Counted from the stretch's first letter, positions 1-8,393 are shown. The stretch is DNA of 64,000 bases from Candidatus Gottesmanbacteria bacterium (GCA_016186795.1 JACPKY010000002.1:26593-90592), one strand, 5' to 3'. Program-made: numbers and translations. Notes: generated by a model not told the origin, from the letters alone.

Positions 1-603
1 GATGATCGAAATGTCCGCATTGAGGTGGGATACGGATTGGAGCAGTATGTCACAGATGCTCGTGCCGGAGATGTTATCCGAAACGATATCGTCCCAGCAT
101 TTCAGAAAAATGATTATGAGGGTGGGACGCTTGCAGCTGTGGAAGAATTACAAGGGTATATTTCCGGTGAAATTGTCCCGCAAAATTCCGGCGTTGATTC
201 GTATTCAGAGACTGTGAGGGAAATGCAGATATTTCTCGTTGGTGGAATATTTGCATTTTTTGTGCTCTCGACATACCTTGCCGGATATTTTGGGAGAACA
301 AAAGAATCTTGGCCAGGTGCAGTTCTTGGGGGAGTATTGGGAGGATTAGGGGGATTTTTTCTCGTGTCCGCTCTTGGGATGATCATTGGAGCAGGACTGT
401 TTGGCTTTATGGGATTTTTCTTTGATTATATTCTTTCAAAAAATTGGAAGTTTCAAAAGTCTCATGGGTATCCAACGAGTTGGGGAAGTACTTGGGGAGG
501 ATTTCGAACTGGCGGGGGATCGTCTGGTGGCGGTCCGCCAGCTGGCGGAGGCGGATTTGGCGGCGGATCATCCGGCGGAGGCGGAGCAAGCGGGAGATGG
601 TAA
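1..603 (+). CDS. TPM-domain (YgcG-like) membrane protein, 5'-truncated by the window edge
   Basis: Frame 1 is open from base 1 (DDRNVRIEVGYGLEQY...). Contains the RIEVGYGLE TPM motif, C-terminal TM helices and the typical Gly-rich tail GGFGGGSSGGGGASGRW. Confidence 0.9.
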   Translation, partial: DDRNVRIEVGYGLEQYVTDARAGDVIRNDIVPAFQKNDYEGGTLAAVEELQGYISGEIVPQNSGVDSYSETVREMQIFLVGGIFAFFVLSTYLAGYFGRTKESWPGAVLGGVLGGLGGFFLVSALGMIIGAGLFGFMGFFFDYILSKNWKFQKSHGYPTSWGSTWGGFRTGGGSSGGGPPAGGGGFGGGSSGGGGASGRW

Positions 604-632
604 GAAGTGATTTTATGTGATAGATTATTTTT

Positions 633-779
633 ATGATGATATATCATGTGGCTGTTACGGCGGGTAAAAAAATAACGATTCCGATAGAAATTCGAAGAAA
701 ATTTGGATTCATGCAAAGAACAAAAGCACGAATGAAAATCCGAGGTAATGCGATTCTCATCACCCCCTATAAAGAATAA
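633..779 (+). CDS. Small AbrB/MazE/SpoVT-family DNA-binding protein (48 aa, absent from the ORF track)
   Basis: Manual translation MMIYHVAVTAGKKITIPIEIRRKFGFMQRTKARMKIRGNAILITPYKE; the ITIP..IR..FG pattern fits the swapped-hairpin fold. Confidence 0.7.
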   Translation: MMIYHVAVTAGKKITIPIEIRRKFGFMQRTKARMKIRGNAILITPYKE

Positions 780-984
780 TTTTAAATCTTCAAAATAAAT
801 AGCAGATATAACTTCCAAAAACCCGCAAGGTTTGTGCGCTAATGCACATGCATGCGGGTTTCGTAATTTTTCCCCTACACGGTTTATCCTTGAAATACTT
901 ACTATTCCAAAGAAAAAACGTGTAGGGGTAGGAAAGAGGAAGCACCAAAGGTGGTGCGGTGGAAATGTGCTTCCTCTTTGCCGG

Positions 985-1467
985 TTACCGTCGCTTCGGA
1001 GGGGGCAAACCAAGCTCTGTTAGTTTGACGATGTTTCCTTGGATGGAAACCCACTCGAGCTGCTCAAGTTGTTTGGCAGCAGTTCGTGCCACGTCATCAC
1101 TTTGAGCGATTGGAAGGGTATGCGTGGTGTTGCCCCGCAATTCTTTGATCATTTGGAAATGATGAACGCCCAAATGCAAGTAGTACCATCTCCAAACGCC
1201 GGTTCTCGTATTGAGAACCTCGAATTTGTACTTTTCGTAGAGCGGCAGTCCTCGGCTCAAATCTAGTAGATCTTCTGGGTGAAGATCATACTGTTTGCCG
1301 AGAATACCGAGCGCTTTCCAAAGCTCCACGTAATCCTCAACCTGTGCGACTTGCTCCGCCGGTATATAAGACTCGCCGAAAAGACTTCGGAGAATCCACC
1401 AGTTGACCCGAAACACCTTGCGGAAAAGTCGCACTTTGTACACCTCATCCACCTGTTTTTTCATCAT
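985..1467 (-). CDS. Hypothetical protein (160 aa)
   Basis: Strong SD (AAGGAG) before the ATG; upstream extended -10 TGGTATACT (~1594-1602); 13-bp stem at 933-979 downstream. Confidence 0.6.
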   Translation of the reverse strand: MMKKQVDEVYKVRLFRKVFRVNWWILRSLFGESYIPAEQVAQVEDYVELWKALGILGKQYDLHPEDLLDLSRGLPLYEKYKFEVLNTRTGVWRWYYLHLGVHHFQMIKELRGNTTHTLPIAQSDDVARTAAKQLEQLEWVSIQGNIVKLTELGLPPPKRR

Positions 1468-1605
1468 CAGACTCCTTTCCTTTTCACACTTGCCGAACCG
1501 TATTTCAGACGCTGATTTTCTTGTTGCCTTTTCCTCCTTTTCCTTTTATTTGTTTGTATAAGAGCAAGATTATTACCTAGAAAAATGGCTCATAGTATAC
1601 CACAA

Positions 1606-1650
1606 AAAAACCCGCCTTGATCGATGCGAGTATCGATATAGCGGGTTTTT
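1606..1650. terminator. Bidirectional intrinsic terminator-like hairpin
   Basis: AAAAACCCGC...GCGGGTTTTT inverted repeat with A/T tails on both sides. Confidence 0.6.
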
Positions 1651-1702
1651 ATGGTAACGGACCTTTTCCCTCACTGAAAATCTTTGTTATTCTCATTTCT
1701 TT

Positions 1703-1737
1703 GTCATCCTGATCCGCCGACTGGCGGAGAAGGATCT
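1703..1737. repeat. REP-like palindromic element GTCATCCTGA-[TCCGCCGACTGGCGGA]-GAAGGATCT with a nested palindrome
   Basis: Read directly; same outer arms as 17178-17216, and the inner unit is a variant of the 16-bp palindrome at 534, 23464 and 40805. Confidence 0.7.
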
Positions 1738-1836
1738 CATACGAGAAAAACAAAGAATTGCAGTGAGGGTAGAGAGAGGAGATTGTGTTGGAGTGGAGCA
1801 CCGTGTGGTACGGTGAAAAACGGTGCTCCTCCTGTG

Positions 1837-2094
1837 TCATGCGATTGGCTGTCCTCTCACGTCGAAATTCGTGCGATTATAGGTACCGCGATCGTAAACG
1901 TGAAAGCGGTAGTTAGTCGCATCACCCGCAAGATCTTTTTTGAACTTTGTACGAGTGTTGGTATATGCTTCTGCTGCGGATGACGCCTCGACGTCGAATG
2001 GACCCTCACAATCCGTCCAACCCGTGTTGAAAAATTGTAGCGAAACCTGGAACGGGCGCATGTGGCTATTGACGTTGGGAGGGAATGCACTCAT
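1837..2094 (-). CDS. Hypothetical protein (85 aa)
   Basis: SD GAGGTG before the ATG; 10-bp stem at 1795-1829 downstream. Confidence 0.55.
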   Translation of the reverse strand: MSAFPPNVNSHMRPFQVSLQFFNTGWTDCEGPFDVEASSAAEAYTNTRTKFKKDLAGDATNYRFHVYDRGTYNRTNFDVRGQPIA

Positions 2095-2154
2095 GTTTCA
2101 CCTCTTCTGGATTTTATAGATGCGCGTTCACGACGCGCGTTTTATTTCGGTTCC

Positions 2155-2346
2155 TCAGAGACCTTCAAGTTGCAATGCACTTGTGCCGAGGCGCGATGCA
2201 ACTTTTTTTGCGATGAGCTCTTTTGAAGCTGATGTGCCGCTGGGGTTTTCATTGAAATAGTGTCTATCAGTTTGCCCCATCAGCTGGCGAAGTCTCTCGT
2301 AGAGCTCATACGCATCCGAGCTTAACACCACAGTACTCGTGTTCAT
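2155..2346 (-). CDS. Hypothetical protein (63 aa), N-terminus weakly resembles RHH/VapB-like antitoxins
   Basis: SD GGGAGG before the ATG; TVVLSSDAYELYERLR pattern. Confidence 0.5.
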   Translation of the reverse strand: MNTSTVVLSSDAYELYERLRQLMGQTDRHYFNENPSGTSASKELIAKKVASRLGTSALQLEGL

Positions 2347-2462
2347 TTTTTCCTCCCTCTCTTTCTTTTTTAAAGGGCGAACCCTTTTCCGATACGTTGG
2401 AAGGAAGTGTAGCCCTTTTCAATTTTTTCTGCAACTAAGTTCTTGTGCTTCTGATTCGTATC

Positions 2463-2581
2463 TGCTATCATAGAGAAAATTTCAAGATTGATAGACTCCT
2501 GTCCCGACCGCGTCGGGATCATCAATCTCAGAATAAGGAGATACAAACTTTGCAGGCAGAGATTGTATCTCTGCCCTTTTT
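2463..2581 (+). promoter_or_regulatory. Extended -10 promoter followed by a candidate pseudoknot and mutually exclusive antiterminator/terminator
   Basis: TGCTATCAT 2463-2471; stem 2485-2492/2521-2528; CTCCT 2496-2500 pairs with AGGAG 2536-2540; terminator GGCAGAGAT/ATCTCTGCC + T-run 2555-2581. Confidence 0.5.
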
Positions 2582-2600
2582 AATTTTTAAAATAGATTTA

Positions 2601-2783
2601 TTTCTTTGGATGCAAAGTGCATCCCTCATTTCTTTGTTCGGCCAAAGAAATGAGGGAAAGAAAGGCCGGCCGAATGGAGATTTTCATATTTCTCTAACCT
2701 CAGATGATCGGGGAGAGCTCTCGGCTATAGTAGTCGTTTCTCCACCTTCACCATTCGGTAAGAGAAATAAATGAAAATCTCCA
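2601..2783 (+). ncRNA. Structured rpsB 5' leader (candidate S2 autoregulatory/t44-like RNA)
   Basis: Perfect stems 2608-2624, 2623-2656 and 2675-2695/2761-2783 lie immediately upstream of rpsB, where S2 leaders are known in other bacteria. Confidence 0.5.
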
Positions 2784-2847
2784 GCGGCAGATAATAAAAA
2801 TTACAAAGAATTTTGTTTTCTGTTAACTGTTTACTGTTTACTGATTT

Positions 2848-3642
2848 ATGCGTGACGTTACACTAAAAGAACTTCTTGAAGCTGGGTGTCACTTTGGCCA
2901 CAAAGTTGACCGCTGGCATCCGAAAGCCGCGGAGTTTATCTATCAATCACGGGATGGGCTCCATATCATCGACCTTGCCAAAACCCGTGAGGGAATACTA
3001 AAAGCTGGGGAAAAAGCATTTGCGCTTGGCAAAGAAGGGAAAATTCTCCTTTTTATCGGCACCAAACGTCAGGCAAAAGGTGTTGTTGCAGAAGCTGCTC
3101 GCAACGCCCGTGCGCCATTTATGACCAATCGCTGGGTGGGTGGGTTTTTCACCAACTGGGAGGCAGTTAAGAAAAATATAGAAAAAATCAACCGCATGCG
3201 GAAAGAACGGACTGACGGCGAATGGCAAAAATTTCCAAAGCACGAAATTGTGAAATTGGAAAAAGATCTTCGCAAACTCGAGATGGTGTATGGGGGCGTT
3301 GCTGATCTATTAGCTGTTCCTGATGCTGTTTTTATTGTTGATATAAAAAAAGAAATTATTGCGTTGACAGAAGCGCAGCAACGTCACGTTTCTATTCTGG
3401 CAATTGTTGATACCAATACCGATCCAAATAACGTTGACTTCCCCATTCCGGCAAACGACGACGCAGTAGGCAGTATTTCTTTTATCGCCAAATTTATTGC
3501 AGACTGTTATGCCGAGGGTAAGCTAATATTTGAGAAAACGGAAAAGGAAGCGCGGGAAAAGACAACCGAAAAACCGGCAGAAGAAAAAGCCCTGGAAATA
3601 AAAGAAAAAAAGAAGAGAAAAACGAAAAACCTAAAAAATTGA
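2848..3642 (+). CDS. rpsB: 30S ribosomal protein uS2
   Basis: LLEAGCHFGH, RWVGGFFTN, DTNTDP and IPANDDA motifs. Confidence 0.98.
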   Translation: MRDVTLKELLEAGCHFGHKVDRWHPKAAEFIYQSRDGLHIIDLAKTREGILKAGEKAFALGKEGKILLFIGTKRQAKGVVAEAARNARAPFMTNRWVGGFFTNWEAVKKNIEKINRMRKERTDGEWQKFPKHEIVKLEKDLRKLEMVYGGVADLLAVPDAVFIVDIKKEIIALTEAQQRHVSILAIVDTNTDPNNVDFPIPANDDAVGSISFIAKFIADCYAEGKLIFEKTEKEAREKTTEKPAEEKALEIKEKKKRKTKNLKN

Positions 3643-3683
3643 CAAAGAAGAAAAGCTCCAAATCACACAAATGACAAAATACA

Positions 3684-4136
3684 ATGATCACCATTGATCA
3701 ACTCAAAAAACTTCGGGAAAAGACTTCAGCAGGAGTCATGGATTGCCGAAAAGCCCTGGAAGAGGCAAAAGGCGATGAGAAAAAGGCTGAGGAACTTATT
3801 AAACAGTGGGCGTCCCAAAAGGCCGAGAAGAAGGCTGGCCGCGAAACATCTGCAGGACTTGTCGAGTCATACGTTCATGCAGGAAAAGTGGGAGTCCTTG
3901 TTGAAGTTTTGTGCGAAACAGATTTTGTGGCGAGAACCGACAACTTCAAAAACCTTGCTCATGAGATCGCATTACAAATTGCCTCAATGAACCCGAAAGA
4001 TGTCAACTCGCTTATGAAACAGGAGTACATTCGAGATCCAAAACTGACAATTGAAAAATTGGTGAAAGAAACAATTGGGAAGTTAGGAGAAAATATTAGG
4101 ATTGGGAAATTCGCGCGGATACGGCTTGGGGAGTAA
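3684..4136 (+). CDS. tsf: Elongation factor Ts (short, single-core type)
   Basis: LREKTSAGVMDCRKAL and CETDFVA motifs; follows rpsB. Confidence 0.97.
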   Translation: MITIDQLKKLREKTSAGVMDCRKALEEAKGDEKKAEELIKQWASQKAEKKAGRETSAGLVESYVHAGKVGVLVEVLCETDFVARTDNFKNLAHEIALQIASMNPKDVNSLMKQEYIRDPKLTIEKLVKETIGKLGENIRIGKFARIRLGE

Positions 4137-5862
4137 CTGCAGCGTTTTTCGCATAGAGTCGGCTTTTGACAAACAACGGAGATCGTTCTTTCACTCCTTT
4201 TCTATTTTCTACCTCTTGGATCGTAAGGGTTCCTCCAGTAAGTTTTTCCACTTGTGATAAAAACATTCTTGCCCGGGCAACAAATCTCCGAGGGCAAAGA
4301 ATGACTCCATTTTCAATTCGCCCGGCAAGAAATTGGTTGACAAATGTTCCTGCAGATGCGGGATCTCTTCCCACTAGCCACATTCCATCCCCATCAAAGA
4401 TCTGTACCATACTCTTATTTTTGGGAGTGGTTCCAATTTCATCATGAGTTAAGCGGCGGTGATCAAACCTCACGGCATACCCAGCAGGGTCAGCTGTTAT
4501 CGGACTTCTGTATACACCAGTATCGATATCTGCAATGACTGCGATATTTGGTCTGCGAAAAACTTTGGCAAGTTGTCGAACGATGGCTCCTCCTTCTCCA
4601 ATCAAAGCATAATCATATCCTGCTGGGATGGTGATGACCGCACGTTCTTCATCCCACGCGCCACCAATATATTTTAAATATTCTGTAAGTCCCTCTCGGG
4701 TGAAAGGAATGGCAACCTCTTCAAAGTGCGGTTTATTCCCATTTGCCGCCCATCTTTGCTGTTCTACCTCAACAATGAAGTACTCAACACCAGCCTTACC
4801 TATCCGTTTTATCCATGCCTCGCTTGAGCCTTTCAGTGTTGAGTAATGACAGTGAGTAAACGATGGCGCTTCTGGTTTCGGAGGCGATGATTTGGCAGCA
4901 CCAATAGCTTCAACATCAATGTGTCGTGGAATAATAATATTTTTCTTCCCAGGGTCATCTTCTCCGAGTGCGCTTGCTAAGGAAATTGACTTTGAAGGCT
5001 CAGTTGGAATTGGCTTTTCTCCTTCTTCTCCTTCAAAAAGGTTGGTTCCTGGATCTTGAAAAGACCCAGTTGTTTCCGGCTGACCCATTTCTGCATGACC
5101 TTTTACAATGTGTTCAGTATCAAGTGCTTGGAGTGTTTCTTGGTGAAGAGATTCACCAGCCGTCTCTTGCGGAGAAGTTCGGAGAGTGATTGTTGAAAAT
5201 TCCAGAGGTGATTCTGGTTTTGCTTCGGAAGGTTGGTATGAAAGAGTGCGTAGGAAACCGAAAAAGGTATATCCTTCGCGATTTAGAACGTCGCCTTTCT
5301 TTTCGATTTTCGGCCGTTCAAATTCATCTTTTTTCCCAATGATTTTGAAAAAGTCTCCCCGTCGAATAGCATACGCTGCATATCTTCGGTTTTCTCGAAC
5401 TGGAATAATTATCCGATCGTCTTCTTTCGACACTCCAATTTCATAGATAAGTCGGTGGCGCTGAGGTTCGCGGTGCGGATGTTCTGGGTCGAAAACATAT
5501 TTTTCCGGCCAGTGATTAAAAAATTGTTCAGCAGATTCACGGACGAGTTGATCGACATTGGAAAAATTCGGCTCTACTCGGATATATTCACTGTCAGAAG
5601 GGTTTTCAGAAAAATCCATTGTGAGAGAGGTTGCAACACCTACTCCTTCACGGGCACTTCCTGGTCCTGGTAAATGTTCCGAGGCAGGATAATTCCCTCG
5701 ACGTTTCTTGGGTAACGCCCTGTTTGGATTATAGACGAGGGAGGAATCCGCAAAATTCATTTGAGGAAGCGTCTTTACAACGTAAGGAGGCTGTTGTAGA
5801 TGTTCAGGAGCACTTGGACTAGGGCGCATCACTGGATTTTGTGGAAGATTTTCAAACCCCAT
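4096..5862 (-). CDS. Hypothetical 588-aa protein with a C-terminal KH-like RNA-binding motif
   Basis: Long ORF; AVITIPAGYDYALIGEGGAIVRQLAKVF matches the KH GxxG loop; its 3' end overlaps tsf by 41 nt. Confidence 0.7.
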   Translation of the reverse strand: MGFENLPQNPVMRPSPSAPEHLQQPPYVVKTLPQMNFADSSLVYNPNRALPKKRRGNYPASEHLPGPGSAREGVGVATSLTMDFSENPSDSEYIRVEPNFSNVDQLVRESAEQFFNHWPEKYVFDPEHPHREPQRHRLIYEIGVSKEDDRIIIPVRENRRYAAYAIRRGDFFKIIGKKDEFERPKIEKKGDVLNREGYTFFGFLRTLSYQPSEAKPESPLEFSTITLRTSPQETAGESLHQETLQALDTEHIVKGHAEMGQPETTGSFQDPGTNLFEGEEGEKPIPTEPSKSISLASALGEDDPGKKNIIIPRHIDVEAIGAAKSSPPKPEAPSFTHCHYSTLKGSSEAWIKRIGKAGVEYFIVEVEQQRWAANGNKPHFEEVAIPFTREGLTEYLKYIGGAWDEERAVITIPAGYDYALIGEGGAIVRQLAKVFRRPNIAVIADIDTGVYRSPITADPAGYAVRFDHRRLTHDEIGTTPKNKSMVQIFDGDGMWLVGRDPASAGTFVNQFLAGRIENGVILCPRRFVARARMFLSQVEKLTGGTLTIQEVENRKGVKERSPLFVKSRLYAKNAAVTPQAVSARISQS

Positions 5863-5901
5863 ACTTCCAGACTAGCAAAGGTCGTACTGGCTTGTAAAGC
5901 A

Positions 5902-7785
5902 TTATCGCAGTTTCATTTTTTTTGCTTGGTCCTCTGTCAATGTAATGTATCCGAGAAACAGGTCATTGGTATCATTGTAGAACTGATTCCAGAAAGCCGT
6001 CGCCAGATTTTCATTCGGAAAAAATATTGTATCCAATCCTCCCGGCTGAACCCCTTTTGCCCTTTTACTAAAGAATCGTAGGAATGTTTCTGACCTTATA
6101 ACAAGAGGAACGTAATGTTTAAATTCCAGTGGTCCATTTCCTGCCCCAAACTGTTCATCTTGGACAAAGTACTCAAGCCCGAGATAATTTTCCAGCTCAA
6201 TAAGGGGCATGATGTAGCGACTCTCAAGTTCGGATAAATGATACGAAGAAGCCAACTCTTCAAGCCTTCTTCGATAGGGAGGAAGTGGTGCATCACTTCT
6301 CTTTTTTGGGTTTGTCACGTGTGTTTTTAATGCGCTGACAATATATCTTGCCCACGGTTCGTGTATTTGTGAGAGACTTTCTTGGTACACCAGTCCGAAT
6401 TTCGCAAGAAGAATTTTCTGCTCGATTTCAGCTAAGATTGGAAGGGCGGTAAGAAATGTTGTGAGTCTATTTGTTCTCATTTTATGGCGGACATCGGTAT
6501 AGGTAGTAAATACTCCCTGGTCAGCATAGTGTGCCAAATACAGAAGTTGACCGCCAGAAAGGCGAGTTTCTTCTAGTTTCCGATACGCATCGAAGAAATT
6601 ATCAGAGGTAAAGGGAAGGGTAGGGAGGTTAGCAAAGCGGTCAGCTGCTTTAATTCGTGCAGCTCTGCGAATGAGTCTTTTTGATGGTAACTCTTTGATC
6701 CGCTCAAGCCATCTGGCGCCGTCTTCTTTCCCGATTTTCGTGAGGGATTTAAGAATAATCCATTGTTCGCGATTTAGGTGAAGGGGCAAACTTGATCCCT
6801 CCATGAGAAGTGTCGTATCGGTTGGTATATATGATGCATCTTCTCGGTGAAAATTTGTTTCCAAATCCTCAGGAATTTCATGGGTAAATGCCAAAGCCAC
6901 ATCGTCTGCAGCTTCAGCAAGGCTTACCGGGTCATTTTCGAGATCATCCTCAATCATCGTCCAAAGATACCAGGCAGTTGCCAGATAATGGCAGTACCAG
7001 TGTTCGTGGGTTTTTCTTGTGTTGTCTCCTTTTTGTTTGAGACGGACAGCGTCACTTTCTTGGGCAAAGCGCATAAACTCTTTAACTTGTGACGTATTGA
7101 TGCCTCGATTTCGCATTCGGAAAAGAAGCTGTTGTTCAATTTCTCTGCGGAAAGTTTCTTCATTTTGGTAACCCAAAAATCGATGCCGGTCAATTGTTTT
7201 CTGAGATGACCAGGGGACTTGCGCTTCCATCATTTTTTCGGTAAAGGCTGCAAGGTGTTCGGAAACATGTGTCACATGGGCATAATCCCAGTACATATCC
7301 CTTAGAAGAAGCGTATCGAAATTCCATCCGATGAGTCGTCTCTGAGGATTATTGGTAACCAGAACTCCTTGTATGGGGAGTCCATAGCGAATATCATGCG
7401 AAGTTATTCCTGTTGATATTCGTTGTACAAAAGTATGCGGTGCGTGTTCTGGGAGAAATTCGTCACTGACGTATCTTTTAAGGGAGGGGAGACGGGAGGT
7501 AAGATGATGATTGGAGTTTATACGCAAAATATCTTTTGCCTTTGCCTCAAGTTCTGGTTTTTTTGGAAGTGGCTTATCTCGAGCTTCCAGAAGTGCCCGG
7601 AGTAAAAATGGGTCGAACCGCTCCAACCCCAGAATATCCTCGAGCGCATCACTTTGGGATGAGTGGATCCAATCGGCAATTCTTGCAACGCTTCGCTGTA
7701 CAGGATACGGTAAATACGAAAGTACTCCGGCCGTTCCTTGCAAATTGTCCGTATTTCTTCGGGGGTCATTTTCAGGAAATGCCAT
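5902..7785 (-). CDS. 627-aa protein with a divergent RelA/SpoT-type HD (HD_4) hydrolase-like domain
   Basis: RKTHEHWYCHYLATA...LAFTHEIPEDL...SLTK...IKAADRFANLPTL aligns by eye with RxxGEPYxxHPxxVA...LLHDxxED...LTK...KLADRLHN. Confidence 0.7.
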   Translation of the reverse strand: MAFPENDPRRNTDNLQGTAGVLSYLPYPVQRSVARIADWIHSSQSDALEDILGLERFDPFLLRALLEARDKPLPKKPELEAKAKDILRINSNHHLTSRLPSLKRYVSDEFLPEHAPHTFVQRISTGITSHDIRYGLPIQGVLVTNNPQRRLIGWNFDTLLLRDMYWDYAHVTHVSEHLAAFTEKMMEAQVPWSSQKTIDRHRFLGYQNEETFRREIEQQLLFRMRNRGINTSQVKEFMRFAQESDAVRLKQKGDNTRKTHEHWYCHYLATAWYLWTMIEDDLENDPVSLAEAADDVALAFTHEIPEDLETNFHREDASYIPTDTTLLMEGSSLPLHLNREQWIILKSLTKIGKEDGARWLERIKELPSKRLIRRAARIKAADRFANLPTLPFTSDNFFDAYRKLEETRLSGGQLLYLAHYADQGVFTTYTDVRHKMRTNRLTTFLTALPILAEIEQKILLAKFGLVYQESLSQIHEPWARYIVSALKTHVTNPKKRSDAPLPPYRRRLEELASSYHLSELESRYIMPLIELENYLGLEYFVQDEQFGAGNGPLEFKHYVPLVIRSETFLRFFSKRAKGVQPGGLDTIFFPNENLATAFWNQFYNDTNDLFLGYITLTEDQAKKMKLR

Positions 7786-7947
7786 ACTGACGGCTTATAC
7801 CATAATAGAGAGCTTGGTGGCAACTTTTCTTGCGTGAGGGCGTGCATGGTATAATCCGGCAAACCAGTTTGCACATTTACAGAGTGAGACGAGGACGGAA
7901 TTTTTTTTCTATCGGGCGGCAAACAAAAAAGGGAAAAGGAGGCAAAT

Positions 7948-8328
7948 ATGCCAGCTCAAGATTGGGCGAGTATGACATTTTCGAATGAAAACATTCGATA
8001 CATCATACTCAATTTTCGTGTTTTGTGGGGCCTGATCATTGGAATTTATGCGATACTATTAACTGGCGGTGTCATTGGTTCAAGTCCAATTGCCAGTTGG
8101 GGCTTGAAATACCTCCAGTGGCACGGCCGAACCGTCGTAGAAAAACAAGACGACACAAAGTTGATACCGCTCAAAGCGTATCTCTTTAAAACTTTGTGGC
8201 TTCTTGTTTTTATATGGTATCGCATTCATGTTTTTCCACGGGGAGGTCGAATGGCTTTTTCGCTAACAGGAGGGCATCGGATTTGTTCTGCGCCGATGCC
8301 TTTTCTCCATGTCATTCTGAGCAAGTGA
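7948..8328 (+). CDS. Hypothetical membrane protein (3' end uncertain)
   Basis: Extended -10 TGGTATAAT 7847-7855, SD AAGGAGG, two hydrophobic segments. A terminator-like hairpin at 8271-8304 lies inside the ORF's 3' end. Confidence 0.5.
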   Translation: MPAQDWASMTFSNENIRYIILNFRVLWGLIIGIYAILLTGGVIGSSPIASWGLKYLQWHGRTVVEKQDDTKLIPLKAYLFKTLWLLVFIWYRIHVFPRGGRMAFSLTGGHRICSAPMPFLHVILSK

Positions 8329-8393
8329 AGCTCGTCATCTTTTTACTCGCCCTTTTCCCCACCTCGTCTCACTCTCTCATTTTCCACTCACAA

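Noticed and set aside
1649-1840. 63-aa minus-strand ORF
   Set aside because: It runs through a 3' hairpin and the palindromic repeat at 1703-1737; probably spurious despite overlapping the upstream stop.
2478-2550. Match to preQ1, SAM-II/V, SAH, fluoride or guanidine-III aptamers
   Set aside because: The topology is pseudoknot-like, but the conserved nucleotides of those classes are not evident by eye.
2445-2774. 109-aa plus-strand ORF upstream of rpsB
   Set aside because: It overlaps a promoter, a terminator and strongly paired RNA; better explained as non-coding leader.
3684-4136. Short EF-Ts as a truncation
   Set aside because: Short single-core EF-Ts forms are a known natural type; the key motifs are intact.
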